Below are positions 45,191 through 53,811 of a stretch of DNA of 64,000 nt, piece by piece. Each line of letters starts with the position of its first letter. Position 1 is the first letter of the stretch. The DNA comes from a virus. Taxonomy: Duplodnaviria > Caudoviricetes. The DNA is taken from positions 1,300 through 65,299 of IMG/VR virus record IMGVR_UViG_3300024219_000003; one strand, 5' to 3'. The translations under genes were made by a program, and so were the position numbers. Below the pieces are notes generated by a model. It worked only from the letters and a program-made list of their open reading frames with translations. It was not told the origin of the DNA and ran no database searches.

Positions 45191-45445
45191 ATGAAAGACG
45201 CACCAGCTATCGCCGCGAGGCGCATAATCCAGAAATTCGGCGGCCCCGCAAGCCTTGCACGCTGTCTTACTATAGGCGGCGACACAGTTCCCGCATCGAC
45301 TGTGCGAAGCTGGCAGAACGCTGGCATCCCGGTCAAGTGGCAGCATCCCGTCATTCTTGCCGGTGCGCGCGGGGCTGTACCGATCGCACCCGAGGACTTC
45401 TTCGAGCCGATCATTGAGCCGTTCCGGCCGGAGGCGGCCCAATGA
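45191..45445 (+). CDS. Cro-like HTH regulator
   Basis: IIQKFGGPASLAR...STVRSWQNAGIP. Confidence 0.8.
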   Translation: MKDAPAIAARRIIQKFGGPASLARCLTIGGDTVPASTVRSWQNAGIPVKWQHPVILAGARGAVPIAPEDFFEPIIEPFRPEAAQ

Positions 45446-46245
45446 ATCCCGACATCAATATCGACGATCTGCCGCTCGAATTGCTACGTGAGCTGAGCCG
45501 GAAGGTGCGAGCACGGATCATGGACGCGCGTCCCGAGAACGGGGTTATTATCGAAATGGTCCGCGCCGGCACGCCGCTTGGGGATTGTGGTATTCCGTGG
45601 AGTTCGGCATACAGAATCGTCAGGCGGCATGAGATCGCGACCGGCGAGAATCTGCCCCGGAGCCGCAACAGCAAATACGCCAGCCATTCGCTTCAGATAG
45701 ATAACCGCCGCCGCGGTGAGCGCAATGCCGAGATCATCGACGCGTATAAGGAGAAGCCGAACCTCACCATCGTTGGCGAGCAATTCCACATCACGCGAGA
45801 ACGGGTCCGCCAAATCATCGTCCGATATGAGCGCGAAACTGGCGAAAAATTGCCGAGGCGGACTGCCGTTCGCTATGTAGGTCGCCCCCGCGTAGCACGC
45901 ATTCTATGGCGATGCGCTGGCGAATGCGGCACGAGCCGAATGCTCACGCCTGGACATTTCGCACAAGCCGGGAAATTGTGTGGCGCGTGCAGCCATTGCA
46001 AGGGCTATAGGCTGACCGATGCACTGATCGAAGACACCATCGCAAAAGTACTGGCTGGTTCGGCCTGGTATCCGCTCGCAAGAGCGGCTGGATACAGCAG
46101 ACAATCATCGTTTCTGCTGACCCGTGGAGTCTACACCTATCTTCAGCGTCACGACCGTCATGACGTGATAACGAGACTCTGGCCGCGCGGTATCCCGCAT
46201 TGGCTCCAGAAATACACATTGAAGTCGAGGAAGATCGCAGCATGA
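45442..46245 (+). CDS. HTH-Zn-HTH DNA-binding protein
   Basis: Sigma70 region 4-like GEQFHITRERVRQI; Cys cluster. Confidence 0.65.
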   Translation: MNPDINIDDLPLELLRELSRKVRARIMDARPENGVIIEMVRAGTPLGDCGIPWSSAYRIVRRHEIATGENLPRSRNSKYASHSLQIDNRRRGERNAEIIDAYKEKPNLTIVGEQFHITRERVRQIIVRYERETGEKLPRRTAVRYVGRPRVARILWRCAGECGTSRMLTPGHFAQAGKLCGACSHCKGYRLTDALIEDTIAKVLAGSAWYPLARAAGYSRQSSFLLTRGVYTYLQRHDRHDVITRLWPRGIPHWLQKYTLKSRKIAA

Positions 46246-46577
46246 CCCGCTCATGCGCCTACGCGGCCTGCGGCAAGCCCCTCGTGCAGCGTCCATCCGA
46301 ATTGCGGCGCAATTTCCTGCGGCGCGAGACATGCGACCTCTCCTGCGGTGCGGCTCTCGGGCACCAACGAGCGAAGGAGGCTGGGCACTCGCACGGCACG
46401 AAGCGCCCGTTCCCCGAATGGGAGCCACCGTGGCCGCAGATCACCGGCGAGGTCATCGCCGATTTTTCGGGGCATGAAGTTGTGACAAACGATGGCGGGG
46501 CGCGGCGGATTGATCGCCCCCTCATCCGCTCGGGTTGTGGGTGCGCGGCCGGCTATTGCGCGGAGGGGATGCCGTGA
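46242..46577 (+). CDS. Zn-finger hypothetical protein
   Basis: CAYAACGKPL...TCDLSC. Confidence 0.55.
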   Translation: MTRSCAYAACGKPLVQRPSELRRNFLRRETCDLSCGAALGHQRAKEAGHSHGTKRPFPEWEPPWPQITGEVIADFSGHEVVTNDGGARRIDRPLIRSGCGCAAGYCAEGMP

Positions 46578-46768
46578 GCCAGTCGATCGCCATCCGCCGC
46601 AAGGGCAACCTTATCGCGATCGAGGACTTAGAAGACACGCCGGATCACAAGGGCGTCTTGAAGACGACATATCTGACGCCCGACGATGCGATTGCGTTGT
46701 TCCAAGCCGGCCTAACGATTGCGTGGGCAACGAAGTCAGAAGGCGTCACGGTTGCCACCGCGTTCTGA
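46574..46768 (+). CDS. hypothetical protein
   Basis: GTGA coupling; stop inside site 46762. Confidence 0.5.
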   Translation: MSQSIAIRRKGNLIAIEDLEDTPDHKGVLKTTYLTPDDAIALFQAGLTIAWATKSEGVTVATAF

Positions 46769-46923
46769 TAATGCCTAATCTCAGTAAACGTCCTTCCTTT
46801 CCGCCTGCTGGCTGGGCTACGAGCGTGGAATGCGGCCCGGTGGCCAACGGGTATTGCCGTTCGATACGGCTAGGTGCTTTGACAGCCAGCAGGCGCAAGG
46901 GAAGGCTTAACAGGAGGACGAAG

Positions 46924-47259
46924 ATGCTTGAACACGAAGACGGCAAGCCGACCGGCGAATTCGATTCCATGCTCGACCTCGATCGCTCGACGCTCACCAA
47001 GAGCTTCGTCGATCGTATGGAGGAGTGCCTGCGCCATCAGCAGGTAGCCTCCGACGATCTCAAAGAGGTCTGCGCCGAAGCCACGGCGGCGGAGTTCGGC
47101 CCGCACGACATCAAGGCGATGAAGAAGATCGCTCGCATCCGGCTCAAGGATCAGCAGAGCGACGCCCGCGACCAGCTTGAAGCGCTGGAGCGCATCGGTC
47201 GCATCGTCCAGTTCGAGTTGTTCGATTGGGACGAGCGCCACGTGGACGCGAAGCACTAA
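46924..47259 (+). CDS. GapR-like (DUF2312) DNA-binding protein
   Basis: KSFVDRMEE...SDDLKEVCAEA..AEF...KAMKKIARIR..D. Confidence 0.7.
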   Translation: MLEHEDGKPTGEFDSMLDLDRSTLTKSFVDRMEECLRHQQVASDDLKEVCAEATAAEFGPHDIKAMKKIARIRLKDQQSDARDQLEALERIGRIVQFELFDWDERHVDAKH

Positions 47260-47340
47260 TAGTTGCCCCGCTTGCGCTCCCGGGCAGTTAGGCGGCTGGC
47301 GTCGCCGTGGGGGAGACGCCAGCCGCCGCAGGAGGATGGG

Positions 47341-47661
47341 ATGAAGACAGGGATAGACTGGGCCGCGAAGCCGGAACCCTGGTGTTGGGTTGGCCCAGCA
47401 TTGCGCGCTGATGTGGAAGCAATCGTTGCGGGAATCGCTCCGCCTTGGGGCAGTCGAGTTCGCATCCATGATGCTGCTGCGCTGGAGTTACGCGACAGGC
47501 GAGTCAAGGCGCGGCTTACCCAGACAGAACTAGCGCGTCGCGTCGGGTGCTCCTGCTCGACGATCAGTAATATCGAGAACGGTATTGGCAGCGCGTCGGG
47601 GAGCATGTGGGGTCGGATTGATGCCGAGCTGATCCGTTCCGAGAATATGGATTCTCGGTAA
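47341..47661 (+). CDS. XRE-family HTH protein
   Basis: LRDRRVKARLTQTELARRVGCSCSTISNIENG. Confidence 0.8.
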   Translation: MKTGIDWAAKPEPWCWVGPALRADVEAIVAGIAPPWGSRVRIHDAAALELRDRRVKARLTQTELARRVGCSCSTISNIENGIGSASGSMWGRIDAELIRSENMDSR

Positions 47662-47915
47662 TGAGCGAGATGGTCGAGCGGATCAGATCACGGATTTGCA
47701 GCCTGAGAGGTACCGACGACGAGACCTTGGCCCGCGCCATTTTGCTCGTAATCCGCGAGCCGACCGAGGCAATCTTGGCGGCAGTCATACCATTCCCTGA
47801 GAATAGCGCCGCGCCTCGCTACCTGATGGCAGCGGCGGTTGCCGCTGATCGGCTGGCATTCCGAACTCGCTGGCAGGACGCGATCGACGCCATGCTTACC
47901 GAGAAGAAGGGTTAA
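47661..47915 (+). CDS. cassette ORF, hypothetical
   Basis: Starts and ends in sites. Confidence 0.6.
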   Translation: MSEMVERIRSRICSLRGTDDETLARAILLVIREPTEAILAAVIPFPENSAAPRYLMAAAVAADRLAFRTRWQDAIDAMLTEKKG

Positions 47916-47921
47916 GAGAAA

Positions 47922-48182
47922 ATGGAAGTCTGTCTAGGAGATGAGCGTAGGCCCGGGATCGAAATGCTATCGTTTCGCGGGGAGCCGGGATATCAGGATG
48001 AAGAAATCTACATTTCGAACTCCTTGAGCAATGGCCTACGCATTGAGATTGCAAATTTCGATGACGAAGAGTGCGGGAACGCGCATGCGTTTCATATCAA
48101 AGACCCCGCTACCGCCCGGCGTATTGCTGAGCGCTTGATTGAATGGTCCAGTCGGATTGCAGACCCTCCGCAAGTCCCATAA
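47922..48182 (+). CDS. cassette ORF, hypothetical
   Basis: Starts and ends in sites. Confidence 0.6.
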   Translation: MEVCLGDERRPGIEMLSFRGEPGYQDEEIYISNSLSNGLRIEIANFDDEECGNAHAFHIKDPATARRIAERLIEWSSRIADPPQVP

Positions 48183-48203
48183 CGGCTTTTATAGGACAAT
48201 GCC

Positions 48204-48659
48204 ATGATCCGCGAGCGAGTGCTTTATTGGGCAAGACGGTATGCCTCTCGGCGTATGCCCGATTTCGTGATCGGCGATCGGCAGCTTGAGCGTTGGTGGC
48301 TTATCCCACGTAACAAACTGTTCAACATCTACCTCCACCGCTTCAATCGGAGCGATGAGGATCGCGCGCTGCACGACCATCCGTGGTGTTCTCTAGGGTG
48401 GATACTCGGGCCGGGAGGCTATACCGATTATGAAGCTCGGCGCATTCGGTGGCGGCCTCCGGGATGCTGGACATGGCGTTGGCCTACGAGCGCGCATCGC
48501 GTGCTGCTCCCTGGCGATAAGGGGCCTGTCTATACGCTTTTCATTACCGGGCCGGTTGTGCGCGAATGGGGCTTTCATTGTCCGCAGGGCTGGAGGCATT
48601 GGAAGGAGTTTGTTTCGATCGTACCTGGCGGCAACAAAATCGGTCGCGGGTGCGATTAG
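48204..48659 (+). CDS. cassette ORF, cupin-like phage protein
   Basis: NIYLHRF..SDEDRALHDHPW...TLFITGP..REWGF. Confidence 0.7.
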   Translation: MIRERVLYWARRYASRRMPDFVIGDRQLERWWLIPRNKLFNIYLHRFNRSDEDRALHDHPWCSLGWILGPGGYTDYEARRIRWRPPGCWTWRWPTSAHRVLLPGDKGPVYTLFITGPVVREWGFHCPQGWRHWKEFVSIVPGGNKIGRGCD

Positions 48660-48687
48660 GCCGAGAATGTAAATTATAGGACCGCAC

Positions 48688-48891
48688 ATGGCTGACACAT
48701 CGCTAATGCCCTTGGCTCATGCCCACGACGCCCTCGGCGATCTCGTGAGCCAATTCCACAACGAGATGCTTCGCCAAGGTATCAAAGAAATGCCGGCACG
48801 AAAATGGGTCGAGGAATTCCGCAGTTGGATCGACGCTTACGATTTCGAGCGGCAATATGCCGAGACCCTGAAATCGTTGTCCGATAAGTAA
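48688..48891 (+). CDS. cassette ORF, hypothetical
   Basis: Bounded by sites 48658 and 48878. Confidence 0.6.
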   Translation: MADTSLMPLAHAHDALGDLVSQFHNEMLRQGIKEMPARKWVEEFRSWIDAYDFERQYAETLKSLSDK

Positions 48892-48911
48892 CGTTATAGG
48901 ATAGGATAAGG

Positions 48912-49154
48912 GTGATGCGCAGAATGACGATTCCGTTAATGTACGGCGATGCCGAATTACGTGTGCTACCAGGCGATGACCATAACCCGCCACTACCGAT
49001 CCATGTTACCGAATACGTTGATCTCGACCGCGAGCACGATTTCAGCCCACAGTTGATTCGCGTTACGCTTCCTCCGGGCCGGCAATGGGCATTGCTCCCT
49101 GCGGAAATGTTCTCTCGCGAAGTCCGCGACACTCTAGCCGATAAGAACACTTAA
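48912..49154 (+). CDS. cassette ORF, hypothetical
   Basis: Bounded by sites 48878 and 49135. Confidence 0.6.
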   Translation: MMRRMTIPLMYGDAELRVLPGDDHNPPLPIHVTEYVDLDREHDFSPQLIRVTLPPGRQWALLPAEMFSREVRDTLADKNT

Positions 49155-49167
49155 GGGAAAATACACC

Positions 49168-49428
49168 ATGGGAACCAAGAGCAACCCTGGCCGCTTCGAT
49201 TGCTACGCGAACGCGGGCGACGACGAGCCGATGTTCATCCTGTTGGGTAGAGACCCACATGGGCACGCCGCTGTACGGAAATGGGCCGATGATCGGATGG
49301 CTATGATCCACGCCGGACAAAAGCCCGAGACGGACGTACACATGGTCAAAGAGGCCCGTGAGTGCGCCGACGCGATGGAGCAATACGCTATCGCTTGGCA
49401 GAACCGGAAGCGCGCCGATGTCCCATAA
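49168..49428 (+). CDS. cassette ORF, conserved phage hypothetical
   Basis: GTKSNPGRFDCY...DEPMFILLGRD. Confidence 0.65.
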   Translation: MGTKSNPGRFDCYANAGDDEPMFILLGRDPHGHAAVRKWADDRMAMIHAGQKPETDVHMVKEARECADAMEQYAIAWQNRKRADVP

Positions 49429-49447
49429 AGATCATTCTCGGTAAATT

Positions 49448-49816
49448 ATGACCAAACCATGCATGACGCCCGGCGCTACCTACAGTGTAGGCGGCGATGA
49501 GTTTGGCAATTTTCTGATTCAGGTCCATGTGCCTAAAAGTGGCGCTGGCCCCAGTAACTATGTTCGTGGCTTATATGGAATAAAATTCACCAAACGGTCG
49601 GCCACTTTCGCAACGACGGATGCAGAGAACCTCAGGCGTTACGAGGAAGCCGATATAGAGCGCAAGCGTCTTACTAAGGCGTTCCATGATGCGTTAGAGC
49701 CACTTATTGCGGATTTCTATAGAACAATTTGGAAGGATGCGTTTGCGGGGAAACGATTGGATGGAGAGGTTATGCCCGAATCATATGATGAATATCTGAG
49801 AGGCCCCCACAAATGA
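49448..49816 (+). CDS. cassette ORF, hypothetical
   Basis: Starts 3 nt after site 49419. Confidence 0.55.
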   Translation: MTKPCMTPGATYSVGGDEFGNFLIQVHVPKSGAGPSNYVRGLYGIKFTKRSATFATTDAENLRRYEEADIERKRLTKAFHDALEPLIADFYRTIWKDAFAGKRLDGEVMPESYDEYLRGPHK

Positions 49817-50202
49817 GCCAGATACACGGACGACGAGACGCCTCCCGGACATTCTCCGACGACGAATTGGCCCGAGCCGCATGGCCGAAAACGGCTGAAG
49901 ATCAAGCCATCGCGGCAGAATATCGTCGTGTCATGGACGAGGAGCTTGCCGAGCGTCGAGAAGATGAGGAAAAGCGATCGTCCGAAGCGCGATACGAGGC
50001 AGGGGATCATCCCGGCCCCTGGAGCGTCAAAACCGAGCCGTCCGGTTACAGCAACGGACAGGATCACGTCTATATCGTTGATGGTCGTGGGCGGATCGTG
50101 ACCCTGATTTCCTACCCTGCGCAAGGCGGCTGGTATCGGTACGCTGGCGCGAACAAAGGGATTGCTCAAGCGATTTGCGCTGCAATGAACCGTCAACGCT
50201 GA
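49813..50202 (+). CDS. hypothetical protein
   Basis: HPGPWSV motif; ends at site 50204. Confidence 0.55.
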   Translation: MSQIHGRRDASRTFSDDELARAAWPKTAEDQAIAAEYRRVMDEELAERREDEEKRSSEARYEAGDHPGPWSVKTEPSGYSNGQDHVYIVDGRGRIVTLISYPAQGGWYRYAGANKGIAQAICAAMNRQR

Positions 50203-50227
50203 GTTACCGATAAGCGCGATTATAGGC

Positions 50228-50256
50228 TTGCGGCGGCGGGCGGAATCCGAGACAAT
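50228..50256 (+). promoter_or_regulatory. putative sigma70 promoter
   Basis: TTGCGG-17-GACAAT; predicted +1 near 50263. Confidence 0.55.
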
Positions 50257-50262
50257 GCGCGC

Positions 50263-50466
50263 GCTGCGGCGGCGTGGAAAGCAGACACGCACCTACGAAC
50301 CACGGGTGGCAAACGGAGAGCGGGAACTGACACCAAGGATGAACCGCAACGTGTCGTGGCCCTCGCCTGCAATGGTGTCCTTGCAGGATGTAGGGTAGGC
50401 AAGTGGGCATGGATCTAACGGTCTATGATATCGACAGCCAAGCCGGGGTAGCGTCCGGCCCGCAGC
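50263..50466 (+). ncRNA. candidate tRNA-like ncRNA (sRNA-Xcc1-like by recollection)
   Basis: Closing stem GCTGCGG/CCGCAGC, hairpin GCGTG-GAAAGCAGA-CACGC, hairpin GCCGG-GGTAGCGT-CCGGC. Confidence 0.55.
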
Positions 50467-50470
50467 ATTT

Positions 50471-51367
50471 TTGGAGGATCGCTTGGATATAGACTTCGCC
50501 CGAGGACGTTGGGCACCGGCTACCCGCGCCGCCTACGCCGTCTCGTGGGCGGACTTCGATCGGTGGTGTCGAGACAATGTGACGCCGGGGGATGGTCCGC
50601 TGCCAGCCTCACCACAAATCATTGCCGACTTCCTGACCGCGCGGGCCGAGACTCACAGCACGTCAACCCTGAGCGGGCGTCTTGCCGCCATCGTCGCCGT
50701 TCATTCGCTGTACGGCCGCGAGGTCAAGGTCAAGGGCACCGTCATCAAGGACGCCTGGTCGGAGATCCGCAGGCGCAAGGGCACCGCCAACAAGCCCAAG
50801 GCGGCGCTCGTGCTCGACGACATCAAGAAGATCATGGCCGGCGTCCCCGAGGAACGGCTTCTCGACCGGGCCGTACTTCTGATCGGCTTCGCCAGCGCGC
50901 TACGTCGGTCGGAGATCGTCGCACTCGACATCGCCGACCTAGAGTTCACCGACGCATCCCTGATGCTCAACGTGCGCCGCAGCAAGACGGACAAAGCCGG
51001 GAAGGGCACGCTGGTCTGCATCCTCCGCAGCGGCTCCGTGCTGTGCCCTGTGGCCGCGCTAGAGCGGTGGATCGAGGCTGAGGGTATCAAGACCGGCCCT
51101 GTGTTCCGCTGCCGTGGCGAGGATCGTATGGACGCCCGCACCGTCGCCAACATGACGCAGCGATGGGGAGCGAAGGCCGGGTTCGATCCGCGCTCGCTCG
51201 GGGCTCACTCGCTGCGGCGGGGCTGCATCACTTCGATGTTCCTGGCGGGGGCTGACATCAAGCACGTGATGGAACACAGTCGGCACAAGACCGTGGCAAT
51301 CGCTATGGGCTACGTGCAGGCCCACACGGCGGAGGCAAACCCCGCGTTGAAGGCGATCCAGTTTTGA
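50471..51367 (+). CDS. tyrosine recombinase (Cre-like, with SAM-like N-domain)
   Basis: Catalytic set ALRRSE, SKTD, HSLRRG, SRH, MGY; real start may be TTG 50483 after GGAGG. Confidence 0.93.
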   Translation: MEDRLDIDFARGRWAPATRAAYAVSWADFDRWCRDNVTPGDGPLPASPQIIADFLTARAETHSTSTLSGRLAAIVAVHSLYGREVKVKGTVIKDAWSEIRRRKGTANKPKAALVLDDIKKIMAGVPEERLLDRAVLLIGFASALRRSEIVALDIADLEFTDASLMLNVRRSKTDKAGKGTLVCILRSGSVLCPVAALERWIEAEGIKTGPVFRCRGEDRMDARTVANMTQRWGAKAGFDPRSLGAHSLRRGCITSMFLAGADIKHVMEHSRHKTVAIAMGYVQAHTAEANPALKAIQF

Positions 51368-51870
51368 CGACACCGGCCCTCCTCCGCGCCGCGCAAGCCA
51401 TCTGGGATCGCGGCAGGACCAAGCCGCCGAGTTTCGATCTGCTGTCGGACGGGCAGCGCGCGGATCTGATTGAAGATGCAGCGGCGGCCATTCGTTCGCT
51501 ACTGACTGAGGATGGTCGAGCGAGCCACTGGAACCGCGCGCTATTGACCATTTTAGGCGCAAGTGACAGAAACCTTGACGGTGGCCTAGGCCAGTCTATT
51601 ATAAGCCCCACCACGCTATCTGACGGGGGTTCGGCCGATGTCTCGGTGCTGCCAAGAGCCAAGTTGCGGTCTGGCGCTTCCCACAAACGGTCCATATCGC
51701 CGGTTTTGCCCGGGAGGAAAGTGCAAGCGAACGTATCAGCACCGCGAGTTAAAGCGCGGGAGCCGGATCTGCGCGGTCGCGATGAAATGGAGACGGTTCA
51801 AGCGCAGTCATCAGGCCGGCGCCGTCAATCCGCACAACCCATACTTCGGCGAGCTGACCGCCATGCTTGA
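51364..51870 (+). CDS. hypothetical protein (3' half doubtful)
   Basis: TTGA coupling to recombinase; overlaps a promoter and the next ORF. Confidence 0.35.
   Translation: MTTPALLRAAQAIWDRGRTKPPSFDLLSDGQRADLIEDAAAAIRSLLTEDGRASHWNRALLTILGASDRNLDGGLGQSIISPTTLSDGGSADVSVLPRAKLRSGASHKRSISPVLPGRKVQANVSAPRVKAREPDLRGRDEMETVQAQSSGRRRQSAQPILRRADRHA
51575..51602 (+). promoter_or_regulatory. putative sigma70 promoter with palindromic spacer
   Basis: TTGACG-16-TATTAT; TGGCCTAGGCCA palindrome in the spacer. Confidence 0.5.
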
Positions 51871-51919
51871 TGAGTTCATCCGCGAGGATCGCACGATGCG
51901 GGAGGCTGCCAGGCGATGA
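51638..51919 (+). CDS. Zn-finger hypothetical protein
   Basis: CQEPSC...FCPGGKC; ATGA coupling downstream. Confidence 0.5.
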   Translation: MSRCCQEPSCGLALPTNGPYRRFCPGGKCKRTYQHRELKRGSRICAVAMKWRRFKRSHQAGAVNPHNPYFGELTAMLDEFIREDRTMREAARR

Positions 51920-52110
51920 CAGATTGGAGCAAACCTTGCGGCTGTCGGCTCTGTGTAGAGGGTCGAGCGGCGTTCGGGCCACTTCCCCCGCCCTGGCGGA
52001 CCATGACCGTCTGCCCTACCTGCGGGAATAAGCGATGCCCTCATGCCACCGATCATCGGTATCCTTGCACGGATAGCAATGAACCGGGGCAGCTTGGGAG
52101 CGTCTACTGA
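51916..52110 (+). CDS. small Cys-rich protein
   Basis: CGCRLC...CPTCGNKRCPHATDHRYPC. Confidence 0.65.
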   Translation: MTDWSKPCGCRLCVEGRAAFGPLPPPWRTMTVCPTCGNKRCPHATDHRYPCTDSNEPGQLGSVY

Positions 52111-52457
52111 TGAAAACACCCACGCCTCCGCGCAAGCCGCGCCCGCCCGCGAAGTGGCGCCCGACGACGCCAAGCAAGAAGGCAATCCAGCGCGGCAACA
52201 AGTTCCTCGCCCCCTGTCTCGCGCTGGCGTTCGTCCTCGCCGGCAGCGCCGTATGGGCCGAGCCGACCGATTGGGCACTCTACACGCCCAGCGAGCGAAT
52301 GTGCGCTAAGACCCACGAAAGCTGCGAAATTGCTAGGCACGCTATTTGGGAAGGCTGGCTACTGGGCATACCGAAGGGCACCTTTAGCGTTTGCCAAATA
52401 CATCCAGATTGCTTCGACCCGGCGAGCAACGTCATCCCGGGATACCATGGGCGATGA
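52110..52457 (+). CDS. hypothetical protein with hydrophobic segment
   Basis: Coupled ORF. Confidence 0.5.
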   Translation: MKTPTPPRKPRPPAKWRPTTPSKKAIQRGNKFLAPCLALAFVLAGSAVWAEPTDWALYTPSERMCAKTHESCEIARHAIWEGWLLGIPKGTFSVCQIHPDCFDPASNVIPGYHGR

Positions 52458-52705
52458 CCACGTTTCAACAATACGGCATTGAGCCCTGCGCCTATAGCGT
52501 GCCAGTTGATCGCGTGCAGATCGTCCAACGTGACGAGAACGCCTGGGTTATCTACGACGCTGGTGCCTGCCTCAACATCTACGACGAATGGGAGATTGAG
52601 CCGCAACCGTCGAGCCGCACCGATGAGTTCAAGGCGCGCACCCGCATGCCGCTCGCCGAAGCGATGCAACGCGCGGTCTCATTCTTCAAGCTGAAGATGC
52701 GATGA
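52454..52705 (+). CDS. hypothetical protein
   Basis: ATGA-coupled on both sides. Confidence 0.55.
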   Translation: MTTFQQYGIEPCAYSVPVDRVQIVQRDENAWVIYDAGACLNIYDEWEIEPQPSSRTDEFKARTRMPLAEAMQRAVSFFKLKMR

Positions 52706-53178
52706 GAGGGGTCGAGCAGAAGCTACAGCAGCAGGTCGCCACCTATCTCGGGTGGGCGCTTGAACCTCCGGCGTGGTTCTCGTCCATCCCGGCCGGCGGC
52801 GGCGGCGAGATGCGGGGCCGCATCCTCAAGGGGACCGGATATAAGGCCGGCACGCCGGATCTGCTGATCGTTGCCGAAGGGCGCGCCTGGTTCATCGAAT
52901 TGAAAGCGCCCCGAGGCGTGCTGTCCGAGGCGCAGCGGCGCACCATCCCGCTGCTAGAGGCTGCCGGAGCGCGCGTCGTAGTGTGCCGCTCACTCGACGA
53001 GGTGCGCGGAGCACTTGATGCATGGGGCATCAAGACGCGAGAGACTAAGCCCGCGACCGAGCGCATCAGGCGCGGGTTTCTTGCCGCCCGGGCTCCGAAG
53101 GTCGGCGATGTGTGGGAGCCAATATGGCCCAAGGACGACCAGCTCGGGCGCAGGAGGAAACGACCCACAGCCCCTTAA
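52702..53178 (+). CDS. VRR-NUC domain nuclease
   Basis: GYKAGTPDLLIV...FIELKAPRGVLSEAQ. Confidence 0.88.
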   Translation: MRGVEQKLQQQVATYLGWALEPPAWFSSIPAGGGGEMRGRILKGTGYKAGTPDLLIVAEGRAWFIELKAPRGVLSEAQRRTIPLLEAAGARVVVCRSLDEVRGALDAWGIKTRETKPATERIRRGFLAARAPKVGDVWEPIWPKDDQLGRRRKRPTAP

Positions 53179-53217
53179 TCACGATTCTCGGTAAATACGA
53201 CCCAGCAGCGTCGATAG

Positions 53218-53466
53218 ATGATCCCGGACTACCTTCGTATCGGCGGGGCGATTATATACTTGACTGACGGCGCGGCATGGCTTAAGTTTCCGATCAAGGA
53301 GATAGGCCATGCGCACACCCGAGCTTTTGAGCGAACGGATGATTGCGTCAAGATCGCCCAGCATCTTCATTATCTCTACGTCTTCCCAGATGAGAGTGCG
53401 GAAGAGCGGAAGACATACGCCCCAATTCTAGCTGCCTCATGGCGATATAAACCCGACGCGCCGTAA
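53218..53466 (+). CDS. hypothetical protein
   Basis: Follows site 53169. Confidence 0.45.
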   Translation: MIPDYLRIGGAIIYLTDGAAWLKFPIKEIGHAHTRAFERTDDCVKIAQHLHYLYVFPDESAEERKTYAPILAASWRYKPDAP

Positions 53467-53811
53467 ACTCGTCTCCAGGGCCATACTCGCCGTCGAGCGC
53501 GGTATCGGCGATCACCGCCGCTCCCGCGTCGGCCATTTCTTGGGTGATTTCAATCTCAGCGCCGGCCTGTCGATTAGGATCCTTGCTCATTCTCGCCTCG
53601 TCAGTCAAGTATACAATGACCATCGGCGGGGATTGCTGCCGCCGGGAAAGTATCTGGCGGGAACTTCTTAAATAAGAACACCAATGCTCTGATATGAGGC
53701 GCAAGTTTTTCATGTGATTTTGTCTGTCGTTTAACCGTACGCCCTTTAAAGACACTCATCTTCGGGGGAGTGTCGCCCTCAACAAGATTTTCAAACTCCC
53801 CGCCGTGCATC

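Larger units (their letters stand above)
46762..50229. repeat. right array: 9 dif-like sites
   Basis: Sites at 46762, 47636, 47896, 48173, 48658, 48878, 49135, 49419, 50204, e.g. GTTCCGAGAA-TATGGA-TTCTCGGTAA. Confidence 0.9.

Noticed and set aside
40396-50229. CRISPR array interpretation of the repeats
   Set aside because: Repeats are degenerate with a variable core, and the intervals are 150-900 bp coding sequences; no cas operon
40396-50229. Classical integron attC sites
   Set aside because: No RYYYAAC...GTTRRRY ends or long attC hairpins; the sites are 26-bp arm-core-arm elements
53348-53600. Convergent ORF overlapping 53218-53466
   Set aside because: Cannot tell which overlapping frame is real without homology data
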